Positions 9,075 through 19,272 are shown, counted from the stretch's first letter. The stretch: DNA of 36,941 nt from Betaproteobacteria bacterium (GCA_029863065.1 JAOTWE010000003.1:1-36941); one strand, 5' to 3'. Numbers and translations are program-made. The notes: generated by a model not told the origin, from the letters alone.

Positions 9075-10289
9075 TCAGCCTCGCGCCGCCGCGGCCGGCG
9101 CGCCGGCCGGCGGCGCGTTGAACATCAGCACGATGCGCGTGCCCTCGCCGGGCTCGCTCTCGATCACGATCTGGCCGTGCAGCCGCTCGGTGCGCTCGCG
9201 CATGATGGCCAGGCCCGCGTGCGCGCCCGGCGCGCCGTCCTCGCCGGCGCCGGCCATGCCCAGGCCGTCGTCCTCGATCAGCACCGTGTACAGGTCCTCC
9301 TCGTTGTTGAGCAGGACGCGCACGTTATGCGCGCCGCTGTGCTTGCGGATGTTGGTGAGTGCTTCCTGGATGATGAAGAACACCTGGATTTCCTGGGCCG
9401 GCGTGAGCGCGAGCGCGTGGCATTCGTTCTGGAAGAACACGGCGATGCCGGTGTCGCGGCCGAAGCGCTCGACCAGGTTGGCGAGCGTCTGCGCCAGCCC
9501 GGCGTCGTCGATCTTCAGGCGGTAATTGGTCAGCAGCTCCCGCAGGTCCTCGTTCGCCTGCGTCATCGCGCGGCGCAAGCGGCTCGCTTCGTACTGGGCG
9601 CCGCCGATGTCCTTGCGCTCCAGGGACTCGCCCAGCAGCTTCAGCTGCAGGCGCATGCCGACGAGCGACTGCGCCAGCGAATCGTGAAGTTCGTTGCCAA
9701 TGAGATTGCGCTCCTCCAGGATGGCGAGGCGGCGCGCCTCGCTCTCCAGGCGCGATTTCTCGATGGCGAGGCCGAGGTGCCGCCCCACCGTGATCAGCAG
9801 GTCGGGCATGTCCTCGCCCATGGCGGCGAGCGGCCGGTCGAGAAACAGGTTGTAGACGCCGACGATGCGGTCCTGGTACTGCGCCGGAACCGCCACGAAC
9901 TCCGCGCAATCCTGCTCGAGCATCGGCCGGCCGATGAGCGCCGCGCACGGCGCGGTGCCGCGCTGGACGCGCAGCCCCCCCTGGCTCGCGGCCAGACCGC
10001 AGGGGCAGCGTCCCGCCGGCATCAGCCGGTCGCGCTCGACCACCTCCGGAGCCAGACCGCGGCTGGCGACGAGCCGGGTGCCGCCGTCGCCCGTGGCGAG
10101 CCGCACGCTCGCCGCGCGCGCGTCCACCAGCTCGATGAAGGTGTCGAGAAAGCCGTCAAGGAGCTGCTCGAGATTGCCGGGCTGGTTGAGGCTGCTGGCG
10201 ATCGCGTACAGGACGTCGAGCGATTGCGTCTTGCGCGCAAGGCGCACCGCCTGGGACTGCGCCTGCTTCGTGGACGTGGGCTCCGCCAT
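9075..10289 (-). CDS. Cytoplasmic GAF-HisKA_3 sensor histidine kinase (NarX-like core)
   Basis: EERNLIGNELHDSLAQ H-box, QEALTNIRKHS, IEDDGLG, GLAIMRER and GEGT; no TM segments; GAF-like N-terminus. Confidence 0.92.
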   Translation of the reverse strand: MAEPTSTKQAQSQAVRLARKTQSLDVLYAIASSLNQPGNLEQLLDGFLDTFIELVDARAASVRLATGDGGTRLVASRGLAPEVVERDRLMPAGRCPCGLAASQGGLRVQRGTAPCAALIGRPMLEQDCAEFVAVPAQYQDRIVGVYNLFLDRPLAAMGEDMPDLLITVGRHLGLAIEKSRLESEARRLAILEERNLIGNELHDSLAQSLVGMRLQLKLLGESLERKDIGGAQYEASRLRRAMTQANEDLRELLTNYRLKIDDAGLAQTLANLVERFGRDTGIAVFFQNECHALALTPAQEIQVFFIIQEALTNIRKHSGAHNVRVLLNNEEDLYTVLIEDDGLGMAGAGEDGAPGAHAGLAIMRERTERLHGQIVIESEPGEGTRIVLMFNAPPAGAPAAAARG

Positions 10290-10337
10290 GGCGCGAGCCA
10301 GACTAACGCCGCGCCGTTGCCGCGTCCAGCGCGCGAC

Positions 10338-10640
10338 CTAGCGCGCCGCCTTGGGTGCCTTGTGCGACGGGTCGTTCGGATTGATGAAGATGTAGCGCCA
10401 CTCGCCCGGATTGATCTCGACGTAGTCGAGCGTGGCGCCGGTCAGCAGCTCGACGCTGCCGGGCGCGACGAGGACCGTGACGCCGTTCGAGACCGCCTGC
10501 GCATCGCCCTCGGCGCGCTCGTCGAAACCCATGCCGTACTCAATGACGCCCTTGTCATCGAGGCGCGCGGCGAGGCGCAGGCCTGCGCCGTCGGCCGATT
10601 TCAGGATCTGCGCGGCGGCCTGCGGCGTGACGGTGATCAT
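10338..10640 (-). CDS. dsrR: DsrR (IscA-like protein without cysteines)
   Basis: MITVTPQAA...LRLA...YGMGFD...LDYVE...FINPN IscA fold, no Cys at all, downstream of dsrN. Confidence 0.85.
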   Translation of the reverse strand: MITVTPQAAAQILKSADGAGLRLAARLDDKGVIEYGMGFDERAEGDAQAVSNGVTVLVAPGSVELLTGATLDYVEINPGEWRYIFINPNDPSHKAPKAAR

Positions 10641-10954
10641 CAGCCGGTGCTCCAGGCGCGCGGCCGGCGCATGCCGGCGATCTTGCAGGCCTGCTTCACG
10701 TAGCCGTAGGGAAACAGCCGGAACAGGTCATTGCGGTCCTCGCGGCCCGCGCCGCGCCAGGCGGCCAGGTGCTTCATGACATGGCGGGCATCGGGCGCGA
10801 TGTGGTGCTCGTCGTAGTACTGCCGCATGAAGCGCAGCACCACCCAGTGCGTCTCGGTGAGCGCGACGCCCTCCTTGCGCGCCAGTTCCGCGGCGAGCGC
10901 CTCGTTCCAGTCGGCGGGATCGACGAGGTAGCCTTCTTCGTCCAGCGTCGGCAT
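10640..10954 (-). CDS. DsrC/TusE-family paralogue with only the internal Cys
   Basis: LDEEGYLVDPADW...HW...FPYGYVKQACKIAG; C-terminus RPRAWSTG lacks the penultimate Cys. Confidence 0.88.
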   Translation of the reverse strand: MPTLDEEGYLVDPADWNEALAAELARKEGVALTETHWVVLRFMRQYYDEHHIAPDARHVMKHLAAWRGAGREDRNDLFRLFPYGYVKQACKIAGMRRPRAWSTG

Positions 10955-12324
10955 CAGGCGTGGGTCTGGGCGGTCGCGGCGAATTCCACGAAGCGCGCTG
11001 CCCAATGGTTTGCGGCGACGTCGCGCAGGTGCGCGTAGGACGCGAGCAGGTTCTTGTAGATGATGCCGTCATGCCGGCCGTCGATGCCGTAGCCGCGCTC
11101 AACGTCGTAGGCGAACTCCAGGCCGGGCGCGAGGTTCTCGACGCTCGAATAGTGGAACTCGTGCGCGCGGATCACCCCCGCCGGGCGCGCGGGCCACGGC
11201 CCGCAGCCGGTTTCGCGCAAGTGCACGTAGCCGCGGCCTACGGGCCGCGCGTGCATGACGATGTCGGCGGGGAGCACGCCCGCCATCTCGGCGCGGCGCC
11301 CGTTCCATTCGATGCTGCGCGCGAGGTACATCAGGCCGCCGCATTCGGCATAGGCCGGCAGACCGGATTCGATCGCGTTGCGCACCTCGGCGCGCAGCGC
11401 CGCGTTCGCGGCGAGCGCCTCCATGTGCGTCTCGGGGAACCCGCCGCCGATGAACAGGGCGTCGACGCGCGGCAGGCGCTTGTCGCGCAGCGCGTCGAAC
11501 GGCACGAGCTCCGCGCCCGCGGCGCGCAGCGCCTCCAGATCGCCCGGATAGTAAAAGCCGAAGGCGGCATCGCGCGCGACACCGATGCGCACCGGCGGAC
11601 CCCCGGTTGCAGTCCTCGCCGTCTCGGCAGCTCGCAAAGGCGCTGCCTCGCGGGAAATGGCCAGCACCTGCTCCAGATCGACCTGCGCCGCGATGCGCCC
11701 GGCGATCTCCTCCACGTGTGCGCGCGCCGCTTCGGCCTCGTTGCTCGGCACCAGCCCGAGGTGGCGCTCGACGATCGTCAGGCGCTCGTCGTACTGCACG
11801 GCGCCGAGCACCGGAACGCCGGTGTAGTGGGCGATCACGGCGCGCAGCTTCGCCTCGTGGCGCGTGCCACCGAGCTGGTTCAGGATCACGCCGGCGATAC
11901 GGATGTTCGGGTCGAATGCCTGGAAGCCGAGAATCAGCGGCGCGATGCCGCGCGTCATGCCGCGCGCGTCGATCACCAGGACCACCGGGGTGCCGGTCAT
12001 CGCCGCGAGCGCGGCGTTGCTGTTGCTGCCGTCCAGGGCGAGCCCGTCGTACAGGCCCTTGTTGCCCTCGATGATGCCGAGCGAGGCGCCGCGCATGCGC
12101 TCCACGACCTCGGCGCGGATCTCGTCCGCGCTGCTCAGATAGGGATCGAGGTTGTAGCACGGCCGCCCGGCTGCGAGCCCCAGCCACAGCGGATCGATGT
12201 AGTCCGGGCCCTTCTTGAAAGGCTGCACCGCCTCGCCGCGCGCGGCGAGCGCCGCGCACAAGCCGATGCACATCGTGGTCTTGCCCGAGGACTTGTGGGC
12301 GGCGGAGATGAACAGGCGGTTCAT
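10954..12324 (-). CDS. dsrN: DsrN siroheme amidase (CbiA/CobB-like)
   Basis: SSGKTT, FKKGPDYIDP, IEGNKGLYDG, GGGFPE, AECGGLMYL and HEFHYS; start MNRLF at 12324. Confidence 0.92.
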   Translation of the reverse strand: MNRLFISAAHKSSGKTTMCIGLCAALAARGEAVQPFKKGPDYIDPLWLGLAAGRPCYNLDPYLSSADEIRAEVVERMRGASLGIIEGNKGLYDGLALDGSNSNAALAAMTGTPVVLVIDARGMTRGIAPLILGFQAFDPNIRIAGVILNQLGGTRHEAKLRAVIAHYTGVPVLGAVQYDERLTIVERHLGLVPSNEAEAARAHVEEIAGRIAAQVDLEQVLAISREAAPLRAAETARTATGGPPVRIGVARDAAFGFYYPGDLEALRAAGAELVPFDALRDKRLPRVDALFIGGGFPETHMEALAANAALRAEVRNAIESGLPAYAECGGLMYLARSIEWNGRRAEMAGVLPADIVMHARPVGRGYVHLRETGCGPWPARPAGVIRAHEFHYSSVENLAPGLEFAYDVERGYGIDGRHDGIIYKNLLASYAHLRDVAANHWAARFVEFAATAQTHA

Positions 12325-13517
12325 GCCGCTGCGGCAGCGATATCGCCGTCGGCCAGGCTGCGCGGCAGGAACGGCAATACCTTGAGCGCTACGGCGGTGA
12401 GGGCGAGCGCCAGCGCCACGCCGCCCACGCCGAGCGCCACTTCCGGCAGGCTCGGCGCGTAAGACGCGACCACGCCGTCGAAGAAGCTGCTGCGGACTTC
12501 CTTTCCCGGGAACAAGAGCTGCGGGTAGGCCTGGCCGCCGATGATGAGGACGTAGACCTGCGCGAGACCGCCCACGATCACGCCCAGCGCCGCCGCGACG
12601 AGCGCGCGACGCGACGCGGTTCCGTATAGGAGCGCGAGCGGCAGGATGCCGCCGATCAGGATCTGGCCGAGCCAGAAAAGCGCGGTGTAGATGCCGCCCT
12701 CCCACAGGAGGAAGCGCTCGAGCTCGTGCTGGCGCGCGATGTACAGGTTGGTGAGGTGATGCACGGCGACGAAATAGAGCACCGTGGCGACGAACACCCC
12801 GAGCAGGTTCCTGAGCCGGTTGAGCACCACATCGCCCAGCGCACGGCCGGTCCAGCGGCAGCCGGCCATCAGCACCAGCACGAAGATCGCCAGGCCGAAC
12901 GAGAACGACATGACGATGAACAGCGGCGCGAGCAGCGCGCTGTCGTAGGGCTCGCGCGCCACCAGGAAGCCGAAGATCGACCCGGTACCGGTGGTGAGGA
13001 CCAGGCGCCAGACGAACGCGAGCAGGCCCATGCGCGCGCTGTGGCGGTTCATGCGCCGCTCGAACATCGTCCACAGGTACAGCGCGACGATGGCGAAGAA
13101 TCCGGTATAGAGAAAAATGTTCCAGGCGAAGATCGACTTGAAGTTGTAGTGCGTCATCGCCACGATCAGCCGCTCGGGGCGCCCGAGATCGAGCACCAGC
13201 ACCGCCAGGCCGCCGGCGAGCAGGGTGACGGCGAGCAGGCCCGAAAGCCGCGCGAGCGGCTTGTAGAGCTCGCGGCCGAACACCGAGGCGATCGAGGCGA
13301 CGTTGAGCGCGCCCGAGGCGGCGACGATCAGGAACACCGCGAACACGTGCGGGATGCCCCAGACGATGCGGTTGCTCATGCCGGTGATGTGATGGCCGTG
13401 GTGCTCCATGGTCCACGCGGCGGCGAGGCCCGCGATGATCAGCGCCCCGAGCACCGCGAGCAGCGCCGCGTAGCCGCCGCTGCGGCCGTCGATCTCGCGG
13501 TACTGGATGCTCGCCAC
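12321..13517 (-). CDS. dsrP: DsrP (NrfD/PsrC-family membrane protein)
   Basis: HHITGMSNRIVWGIPHVFA, LDLGRPERL and IGGQAYP; GTG start at 13517; position in the operon. Confidence 0.92.
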   Translation of the reverse strand: MASIQYREIDGRSGGYAALLAVLGALIIAGLAAAWTMEHHGHHITGMSNRIVWGIPHVFAVFLIVAASGALNVASIASVFGRELYKPLARLSGLLAVTLLAGGLAVLVLDLGRPERLIVAMTHYNFKSIFAWNIFLYTGFFAIVALYLWTMFERRMNRHSARMGLLAFVWRLVLTTGTGSIFGFLVAREPYDSALLAPLFIVMSFSFGLAIFVLVLMAGCRWTGRALGDVVLNRLRNLLGVFVATVLYFVAVHHLTNLYIARQHELERFLLWEGGIYTALFWLGQILIGGILPLALLYGTASRRALVAAALGVIVGGLAQVYVLIIGGQAYPQLLFPGKEVRSSFFDGVVASYAPSLPEVALGVGGVALALALTAVALKVLPFLPRSLADGDIAAAAA

Positions 13518-13519
13518 GG

Positions 13520-14242
13520 CTACAGGCCCTGGTAGCGCACGCCGGTGTTGAGCGCGAGGTCGGCGCGGATCTGGCTCGAGGGCTCGCTCTTCAGCCGCCG
13601 GTGGATAGCCGACGACGCGTCGTTCAGGTCGCCGAACGCCATTGCGCCGCCGCCGTCGCGGCCGCAGGCCTCGACGCAGGCCGGCGTCGCGCCGCGATCG
13701 ACGCGGTGCACGCACAGCGTGCAGGCCTCCACCGTGCCCTTGCCGCGCGGCACGTCCGCCTTCTGGCCGCTCACCGTCTCGTGGACGAAGGAGCGCGCGG
13801 CGTACGGGCAGGCCATGACGCAGTAGCGGCAGCCGATGCAGGTGTGCTTGTCGACCAGCACGATGCCGTCGGCGCGCTTGAACGAGGCGCCGGTCGGGCA
13901 CACGTCCACGCACGGCGGGTGCTCGCAGTGCTGGCACATGAGCGGCAGCGTCTGCGCGTAGCCGGTGCGCGTGTCGCGCAGGCTCACCTTGCGGATCCAC
14001 TGCGCATCGGTCGCCGGGCGAGCGTTCGAGGTGATGCCGTTTTCTTCGTGGCAGGCGGTGACGCAGGCGTCGCATTCCCCGCACTTCGTGATGTCGATCA
14101 GCAGACCCCAGCGCTGCAGCTTGGAGGCGGCCTCCTGCGGCGAGCGCGCCTGCGCGAGCTCGACCAGGCGCAGGCCCGGCGCGAGCGCCGCCGCCGTCGC
14201 CGCGGCGCCCCAAGCGAGAACCTGTCGGCGGTCCGGATTCAT
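13520..14242 (-). CDS. dsrO: DsrO periplasmic 4Fe-4S protein with Tat signal
   Basis: DRRQVL Tat-like motif; CQHCEHPPCVDVCP, CIGCRYCVMACP and CTLCVHR. Confidence 0.93.
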   Translation of the reverse strand: MNPDRRQVLAWGAAATAAALAPGLRLVELAQARSPQEAASKLQRWGLLIDITKCGECDACVTACHEENGITSNARPATDAQWIRKVSLRDTRTGYAQTLPLMCQHCEHPPCVDVCPTGASFKRADGIVLVDKHTCIGCRYCVMACPYAARSFVHETVSGQKADVPRGKGTVEACTLCVHRVDRGATPACVEACGRDGGGAMAFGDLNDASSAIHRRLKSEPSSQIRADLALNTGVRYQGL

Positions 14243-14622
14243 GGCCTGGCCGCGGCTTGCGCCTGCCGCAGCGGCGAGTGGCACTCGAAGCAGTCGATGC
14301 TCACCGCGGCATAGGCGTGACAGCTCGAGCAAAAGCCATCCTTGCCGAGGACGCTGCCGGTCTTGCGGCTGGCGTGGCAGTCAATGCAGTTCTTCAGGCT
14401 GAAGCGGGGCTCGCGAATGCCCTGGTGCAGGGTCAGGTCGCGCTGCTGCAGCAGCATCTGCATGTGGTCCCGGCGCATCTGCGCGGTCGGCGCCACGCAG
14501 GCCTCGCCTTTTTCGATCTTGATCACGGGCAGCGCGACGCGCCCTGCCGCCCGCCCGGGCGTGTCGGCGGCCCCTGCGACCGCCAGCATGGCGGCGATGA
14601 TTCCGGCGGCGATGCGCGTCAT
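14239..14622 (-). CDS. dsrJ: DsrJ triheme cytochrome c
   Basis: Signal peptide, ACV...MRRDHM, and CIDCH, CSSCH, CFECH. Confidence 0.92.
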   Translation of the reverse strand: MTRIAAGIIAAMLAVAGAADTPGRAAGRVALPVIKIEKGEACVAPTAQMRRDHMQMLLQQRDLTLHQGIREPRFSLKNCIDCHASRKTGSVLGKDGFCSSCHAYAAVSIDCFECHSPLRQAQAAARP

Positions 14623-14638
14623 AGCGGCTCGCCGGCGC

Positions 14639-16639
14639 TCAGTGATCGCCCAGCCCCATCTTGATGTAGCCGGTGGGGCAGACGTCGGCGCAGATGTGGC
14701 AGCCGATGCACAGGTCGTAGTCGGTATAGACGTAGCGGCCCATCGTGGCCTCGGACTTGGGCGTGCGCTTGACCGCGACCTGCGGGCAATAGATCACGCA
14801 GTTGTCGCATTCGAAGCACATGCCGCAGCTCATGCAGCGCTTGGCCTCGTCCACCGCCTGCTTGTCGGTCAGGCCCACCATGCGCTCGGCGAAGTGCCCG
14901 AGCACCTCCTCGGCGGAAGGGCCGATCTCGGTGCGCTTGGTGCGCTCCTGGTAGGGGAAATGGCCGAGGAACAGCTCGTCGGACTTGCAGACCTCCGCGG
15001 CGCCGCGGTCCTCGTAGTTGTGGATGGCGAAGCCCCCCACCCCCTTGCCGGCGAGCGCGGTGCCGCGCAGTCCCTGGTCGATAAGGCGCGGGCCATTGGC
15101 CTCGGAGGATTCGTATTTCCCGGGCTCGAGGTTGACCTCGCGCAGCTTGTCGAGCAGGTTGAAATGGTGCACGTCGACCTTCGGCCGCTTCGCCATCTCC
15201 TTCTTGTTGAGATAGCGATCGATGCTGTCGGCCGCGATCGAGCCCTGGCCGATCACCGTGGTGAGCAGGTGCGGGCGGATGATGTCGCCGCAGGCGAAGA
15301 CGCCGGGGCGGTTCGGCAGCTGGTAGAACTTGTCGGCGGCGATCAGCCCCTTGCCGTTGTCGAGCTCTTCCATGCCGGTCAGGTCGCCTGCCTGTCCGAT
15401 CGCCACGACGATCAGATCGGCCTCGACGTCCATCTCGGTGCCGGGCTTCTCCTTGAAGTTGCCCTTGTCCCACTGCACCTCGATCAGCCGGAGCGCCTTG
15501 GCGCGACCGCTCTTCTCGTCGACGATCACCTTCTTGGGCAGGAGGTTCCCCTGGATCTTCACGCCCTCGCGCTGCGCGTCCTCGATCTCGTGCTTGGCAG
15601 CGTTCATCTCCTCGATCGGCTGCATGGACGTGAGCATCACGTCGGCGCCCTGGCGAGCAGCAAGCGTAGAGACGTCGTGCGCGGTGTGCCCCAGGACCAC
15701 GAATTCGGGCCGCTCGGTCTCCGTAGCGTCCTCGACGTAGCCCAGGCGCCGCGCCACCGACACCACGTCGACCGAGGTGTCGCCGCCGCCGACCACCACC
15801 ACGCGGCCGGCGACCGCCGCCAGGCGCCCCTGATTGAAGGCCTCGAGGAAGGCGACGCCGCTGATGCAGTTGGGCGCGTCGGCGCCCGGCACCTGCATCG
15901 GCTTTCCCGCCTTGCAGCCGAGGGCGAGCAGCACCGCGTCGTAGTCCTTTTCCAGGTCCTTCAGCGCCACGTCCTTGCCGATGCGCGTATTCAGGCGCAG
16001 CTCGACGCCCATGGCGATGATGCGGTTAATCTCGCCGTCGAGGTGCTTGCGCGGCAGGCGGTAGCCGGGCACGCCGTATTTCGCCATGCCGCCGAGTTCC
16101 GCATGATCCTCGAACAGGGTGACCGCGTGCCCCTTGCGGCGCAGTTGATACGCCGCGGACAGCCCCGCCGGGCCCCCGCCGACGATGGCGACGCGCTTGC
16201 CGGTCTCAGGCCCGGCCTGGAACGCAAAGTTCTGCTCCAGCGCGTAGTCGCCGATGTACTGCTCGACGGCGTTGATGCCGACGGTGTCCTCGATCTTGTT
16301 GCGGTTGCAGCCCGTCTGGCACGGCGCCGGGCACACGCGCCCCATCATCGACGGGAACGGATTGGCGTCGGTGGAGCGCCGGAACGCGTACTCCTGCATG
16401 CTCGTGTCCTTGGGCGCTTTTTCGACGCCGCGCACGATGTTGAGCCAGCCGCGGATGTCCTCGCCCGACGGGCAGCTCGCCTGGCACGGCGGCGTCTTGT
16501 GCACGTAGGTCGGGCACTTGTCGGACTCGTCGCCGCTGAAGATGCGCTCCTGCAGCGACTTCCACTCGTGATCGCCGTCCTTGAACTTGCGGAAGGTGTG
16601 CCCGCTCTTCGCTTCGGGCTTGGTCGCTGGCGCTGACAT
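14639..16639 (-). CDS. dsrL: DsrL iron-sulfur flavoprotein
   Basis: PPCQASCP, GRVCPAPC, two Rossmann motifs (GGGPAG, GGGDT), RCMSCGMCFECDNC and CIGCHICADVCP. Confidence 0.95.
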   Translation of the reverse strand: MSAPATKPEAKSGHTFRKFKDGDHEWKSLQERIFSGDESDKCPTYVHKTPPCQASCPSGEDIRGWLNIVRGVEKAPKDTSMQEYAFRRSTDANPFPSMMGRVCPAPCQTGCNRNKIEDTVGINAVEQYIGDYALEQNFAFQAGPETGKRVAIVGGGPAGLSAAYQLRRKGHAVTLFEDHAELGGMAKYGVPGYRLPRKHLDGEINRIIAMGVELRLNTRIGKDVALKDLEKDYDAVLLALGCKAGKPMQVPGADAPNCISGVAFLEAFNQGRLAAVAGRVVVVGGGDTSVDVVSVARRLGYVEDATETERPEFVVLGHTAHDVSTLAARQGADVMLTSMQPIEEMNAAKHEIEDAQREGVKIQGNLLPKKVIVDEKSGRAKALRLIEVQWDKGNFKEKPGTEMDVEADLIVVAIGQAGDLTGMEELDNGKGLIAADKFYQLPNRPGVFACGDIIRPHLLTTVIGQGSIAADSIDRYLNKKEMAKRPKVDVHHFNLLDKLREVNLEPGKYESSEANGPRLIDQGLRGTALAGKGVGGFAIHNYEDRGAAEVCKSDELFLGHFPYQERTKRTEIGPSAEEVLGHFAERMVGLTDKQAVDEAKRCMSCGMCFECDNCVIYCPQVAVKRTPKSEATMGRYVYTDYDLCIGCHICADVCPTGYIKMGLGDH

Positions 16640-16661
16640 GGCTATCTCCGGTTGAACCGCT

Positions 16662-18152
16662 TCATGGCTTCACACCCAGCACGATGGCGTTGCTCACCAG
16701 TCCGTGCACGCTGCCGATCATGTCCATGGGGTGCTTGTAGTAGGGCAGGACCTTGGTGAACTGGCTCTTGCAGATGGCGCAGATCGCAGCGAGGTAGTTG
16801 ACGCCGTGCTCGTCCACGACCTGCTGCAGCGCCTGCATGCGCGGCAGCGCGCCCTTCACGCGCAGCTCCACGAGGTCGTCGGTGAGCAGCCCGCCGCCGC
16901 CGCCGCAGCAGAAGGTGGCTTCGCCGATGCTCTCCGGGGCCATGTCGACGAAGCGCTCGACGCAGGCGCGGATGATGTCGCGCGGCATCGTGAACTGCCC
17001 GCCCGGCTGGTCGCCCATGCGCGAGCCGCGCGACACGTTGCAGGAATCGTGGAAGGTCACCACCTTGTCGGCGTTGGCGCTCTTGTCGAGCGTGAGCGCG
17101 CCGCGGCGGATGAGGTCCCAGGTCACCTCGCAGATGTGCTGCGGCGCCGGGTAGCGCGGGTCGAGGAAGTCGAACGGCCCGATGAGCGTGTTCCAGAAGC
17201 TGTAGGCGACGCGCCAGGCATGCCCGCACTCGCCCACCACGATGCGCTTCACGCCCAGCTCGAGCGCCGCCTCGCGGATGCGCTCGGCCACCTTCTGCAG
17301 ATTGTCGTGGTTGCCGATGAACAGCGAAAAGTTCGCCGCCTCGGAGGCGTGCGACGAGAGCGTCCACGAGATGCCCGCGGCATGAAACACCTTGGCGTAG
17401 CCGATCAGGCCGTCGATGTGCGGCTCGGCAAAAAAGTCGGCGCTCGGCGTGACGAGCAAGACTTCGGCGCCCTTCTCGTCGAGCGGGAAGCGCACGTCCA
17501 CCCCGGTCGCTTCCTTCACGTCTTCTTCCAGGCCGTCGAGCGTGTTGCGTAGCGCCGGCCCCGGCAGGCCGAGGTTGTTGCCGATCTTGTGCACCTTGGC
17601 GATGATCTCGTTCGAGTACTTCTGGCCGAGGCCGACGGCGTCCATGACGTCGCGCGCCGCCATCGTGATCTCGGCGGTGTCGATGCCGTACGGGCAGAAC
17701 ACCGCGCAGCGCCGGCACTCCGAGCACTGGTGGAAGTAGCCGTACCAGTCGTCGAGAACATCCTTGGTCATGTCGCGCGCGCCGACGAGCTTCGGGAAGT
17801 GCTTGCCGGCGAAGGTGTAGTAGCGCCGGTACACCGAGCGCAGCAGGTCCTGGCGCGCCACCGGCATGTTCTTCGGGTCGGCGGTGCCCAGGTAGTAGTG
17901 GCACTTGTCGGTGCAGGCGCCGCACTTGACGCACGCGTCGAGGAACACCTGCAGTGCACGTGACTGCGACACCAGCTCACCCAGCTTCGTCACCGCGACC
18001 TTTTCCCAGTCCGGCATCAGTTCGCCGGGAAAGCCGAGCGGCTTCTGGTGGTCGGGCTTGGCGGTGAACGGCTTGCTGTGCGCCATCGCGCCTTCGCGCA
18101 CGGCCGGAATCACCGGATATTCGCCCAGCGGCGGCGTCTCGAAATCGGCCAT
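16662..18152 (-). CDS. dsrK: DsrK
   Basis: CVKCGACTDKC, CSECRRCAVFCP, GECGH, FHDSCN, CCGGGGG and CAICK. Confidence 0.95.
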   Translation of the reverse strand: MADFETPPLGEYPVIPAVREGAMAHSKPFTAKPDHQKPLGFPGELMPDWEKVAVTKLGELVSQSRALQVFLDACVKCGACTDKCHYYLGTADPKNMPVARQDLLRSVYRRYYTFAGKHFPKLVGARDMTKDVLDDWYGYFHQCSECRRCAVFCPYGIDTAEITMAARDVMDAVGLGQKYSNEIIAKVHKIGNNLGLPGPALRNTLDGLEEDVKEATGVDVRFPLDEKGAEVLLVTPSADFFAEPHIDGLIGYAKVFHAAGISWTLSSHASEAANFSLFIGNHDNLQKVAERIREAALELGVKRIVVGECGHAWRVAYSFWNTLIGPFDFLDPRYPAPQHICEVTWDLIRRGALTLDKSANADKVVTFHDSCNVSRGSRMGDQPGGQFTMPRDIIRACVERFVDMAPESIGEATFCCGGGGGLLTDDLVELRVKGALPRMQALQQVVDEHGVNYLAAICAICKSQFTKVLPYYKHPMDMIGSVHGLVSNAIVLGVKP

Positions 18153-18902
18153 TCAGCCTCCGCGCGCCCGCTCGACGCGCACGATGCGCGTCGACCAGCC
18201 CGCCACGTGCCGCTGCTCGCGCGCGTCGTCGACCTGGTTCAGGCTCGGGCTGAAGAACACCCCCGGCGCGTGCAGGAGCTTCGACACGGGAAAGACGATC
18301 ATCAGCGCCGCGACCAGCACGAGGTGCACGAGCAGCGCCGGGTCGGCGGGAAGCGCCCGCCAGTCGAAGACCATCAGCCCGAGGAAGAACGCCTTCAACG
18401 CGACGATGTCGGTGTGCGCGACGTACTTCATGGCGAGGCCGCTCGCGGCGATGGCGACGAGCAGCGCGAGCATCAGGTGGTCCGACGGGCTGCTGATGTA
18501 GCGCACGCGATCGACCAGAAAGCGCCGCGCCCAAAGTCCCGCGAGGCCGGCGAGCATGGCGAACCCCGCGTACACGCCGAACGGCTGCATCAGGTTGACC
18601 CAGCCCCACACCGGCTCGGTGAAATAGCGCAGGTGGCGCAACAGCACCAGCAGCAGCGCTGCGTGAAACGTCCAGCCGAACAGCCAGATCCACTTGTTGG
18701 ACCGGAACAGGGCGCGGAACAGCGTCACCTCGAGGAACATGCGCAGCACGACGCCGCCGCGCGTCGTCGGCGCCGGCGGGATCGGGATCTTCAGCGGCTG
18801 CGGGGTGCGCGCGTACACCCAGCACCGCCAGCCCACGCCGGCGACGAGCGCCGCCGCCGCGACGTAGAACAGCAGCGCGTAGATGAGGGTCAGCGCGGAC
18901 AC
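18153..18902 (-). CDS. dsrM: DsrM b-type cytochrome
   Basis: PLKIPIPPAP, FH...RHLRYF, RYISSPSD and SKLLHAPGVFFSP. Confidence 0.95.
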   Translation of the reverse strand: MSALTLIYALLFYVAAAALVAGVGWRCWVYARTPQPLKIPIPPAPTTRGGVVLRMFLEVTLFRALFRSNKWIWLFGWTFHAALLLVLLRHLRYFTEPVWGWVNLMQPFGVYAGFAMLAGLAGLWARRFLVDRVRYISSPSDHLMLALLVAIAASGLAMKYVAHTDIVALKAFFLGLMVFDWRALPADPALLVHLVLVAALMIVFPVSKLLHAPGVFFSPSLNQVDDAREQRHVAGWSTRIVRVERARGG

Positions 18903-18918
18903 GGGTCCGCTCCGCCGC

Positions 18919-19251
18919 CTACACGCAGCCGGTCGGCTTGGGCAGCCCCGCGTACTTGCAGGCCTGCTTGGCGGGGCCGTACGGAAACAGCTCGTACAGG
19001 TACTTGCTGTTGCCCTTGTCCGCGCCGAGCTTCTTGCCGATGGCCTTGGTCAGCACGCGCACTGCCGGCGCGATCTGGTACTCGTCGTAGTACTCGCGCA
19101 GGAAGTTGAGCACTTCCCAGTGGTTCTGGGTCAGCTCGCAGCTGTCGAGCCGCGCCATTTCCTTCGCCACGTCCTCGCTCCAGTCGGTGCGGTTCGCGAG
19201 ATAGCCTTCCTCGTCGGTCTCGATGGTCTTGCCGTCCATTTCGATGGGCAT
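18919..19251 (-). CDS. dsrC: DsrC (canonical, two C-terminal cysteines)
   Basis: FPYGPAKQACKYAGLPKPTGCV. Confidence 0.97.
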   Translation of the reverse strand: MPIEMDGKTIETDEEGYLANRTDWSEDVAKEMARLDSCELTQNHWEVLNFLREYYDEYQIAPAVRVLTKAIGKKLGADKGNSKYLYELFPYGPAKQACKYAGLPKPTGCV

Positions 19252-19272
19252 TTCGGAAGTTCCTCTAAAAGG

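Noticed and set aside
10954-12324. Cobalamin biosynthesis cbiA/cobB
   Set aside because: Position directly after dsrP with no cob genes nearby indicates dsrN
10954-14332. Over-long ORF-track versions of dsrN, dsrP and dsrO suggesting fusions
   Set aside because: The N-terminal extensions are alternate-frame read-through of upstream genes; the internal starts give normal sizes
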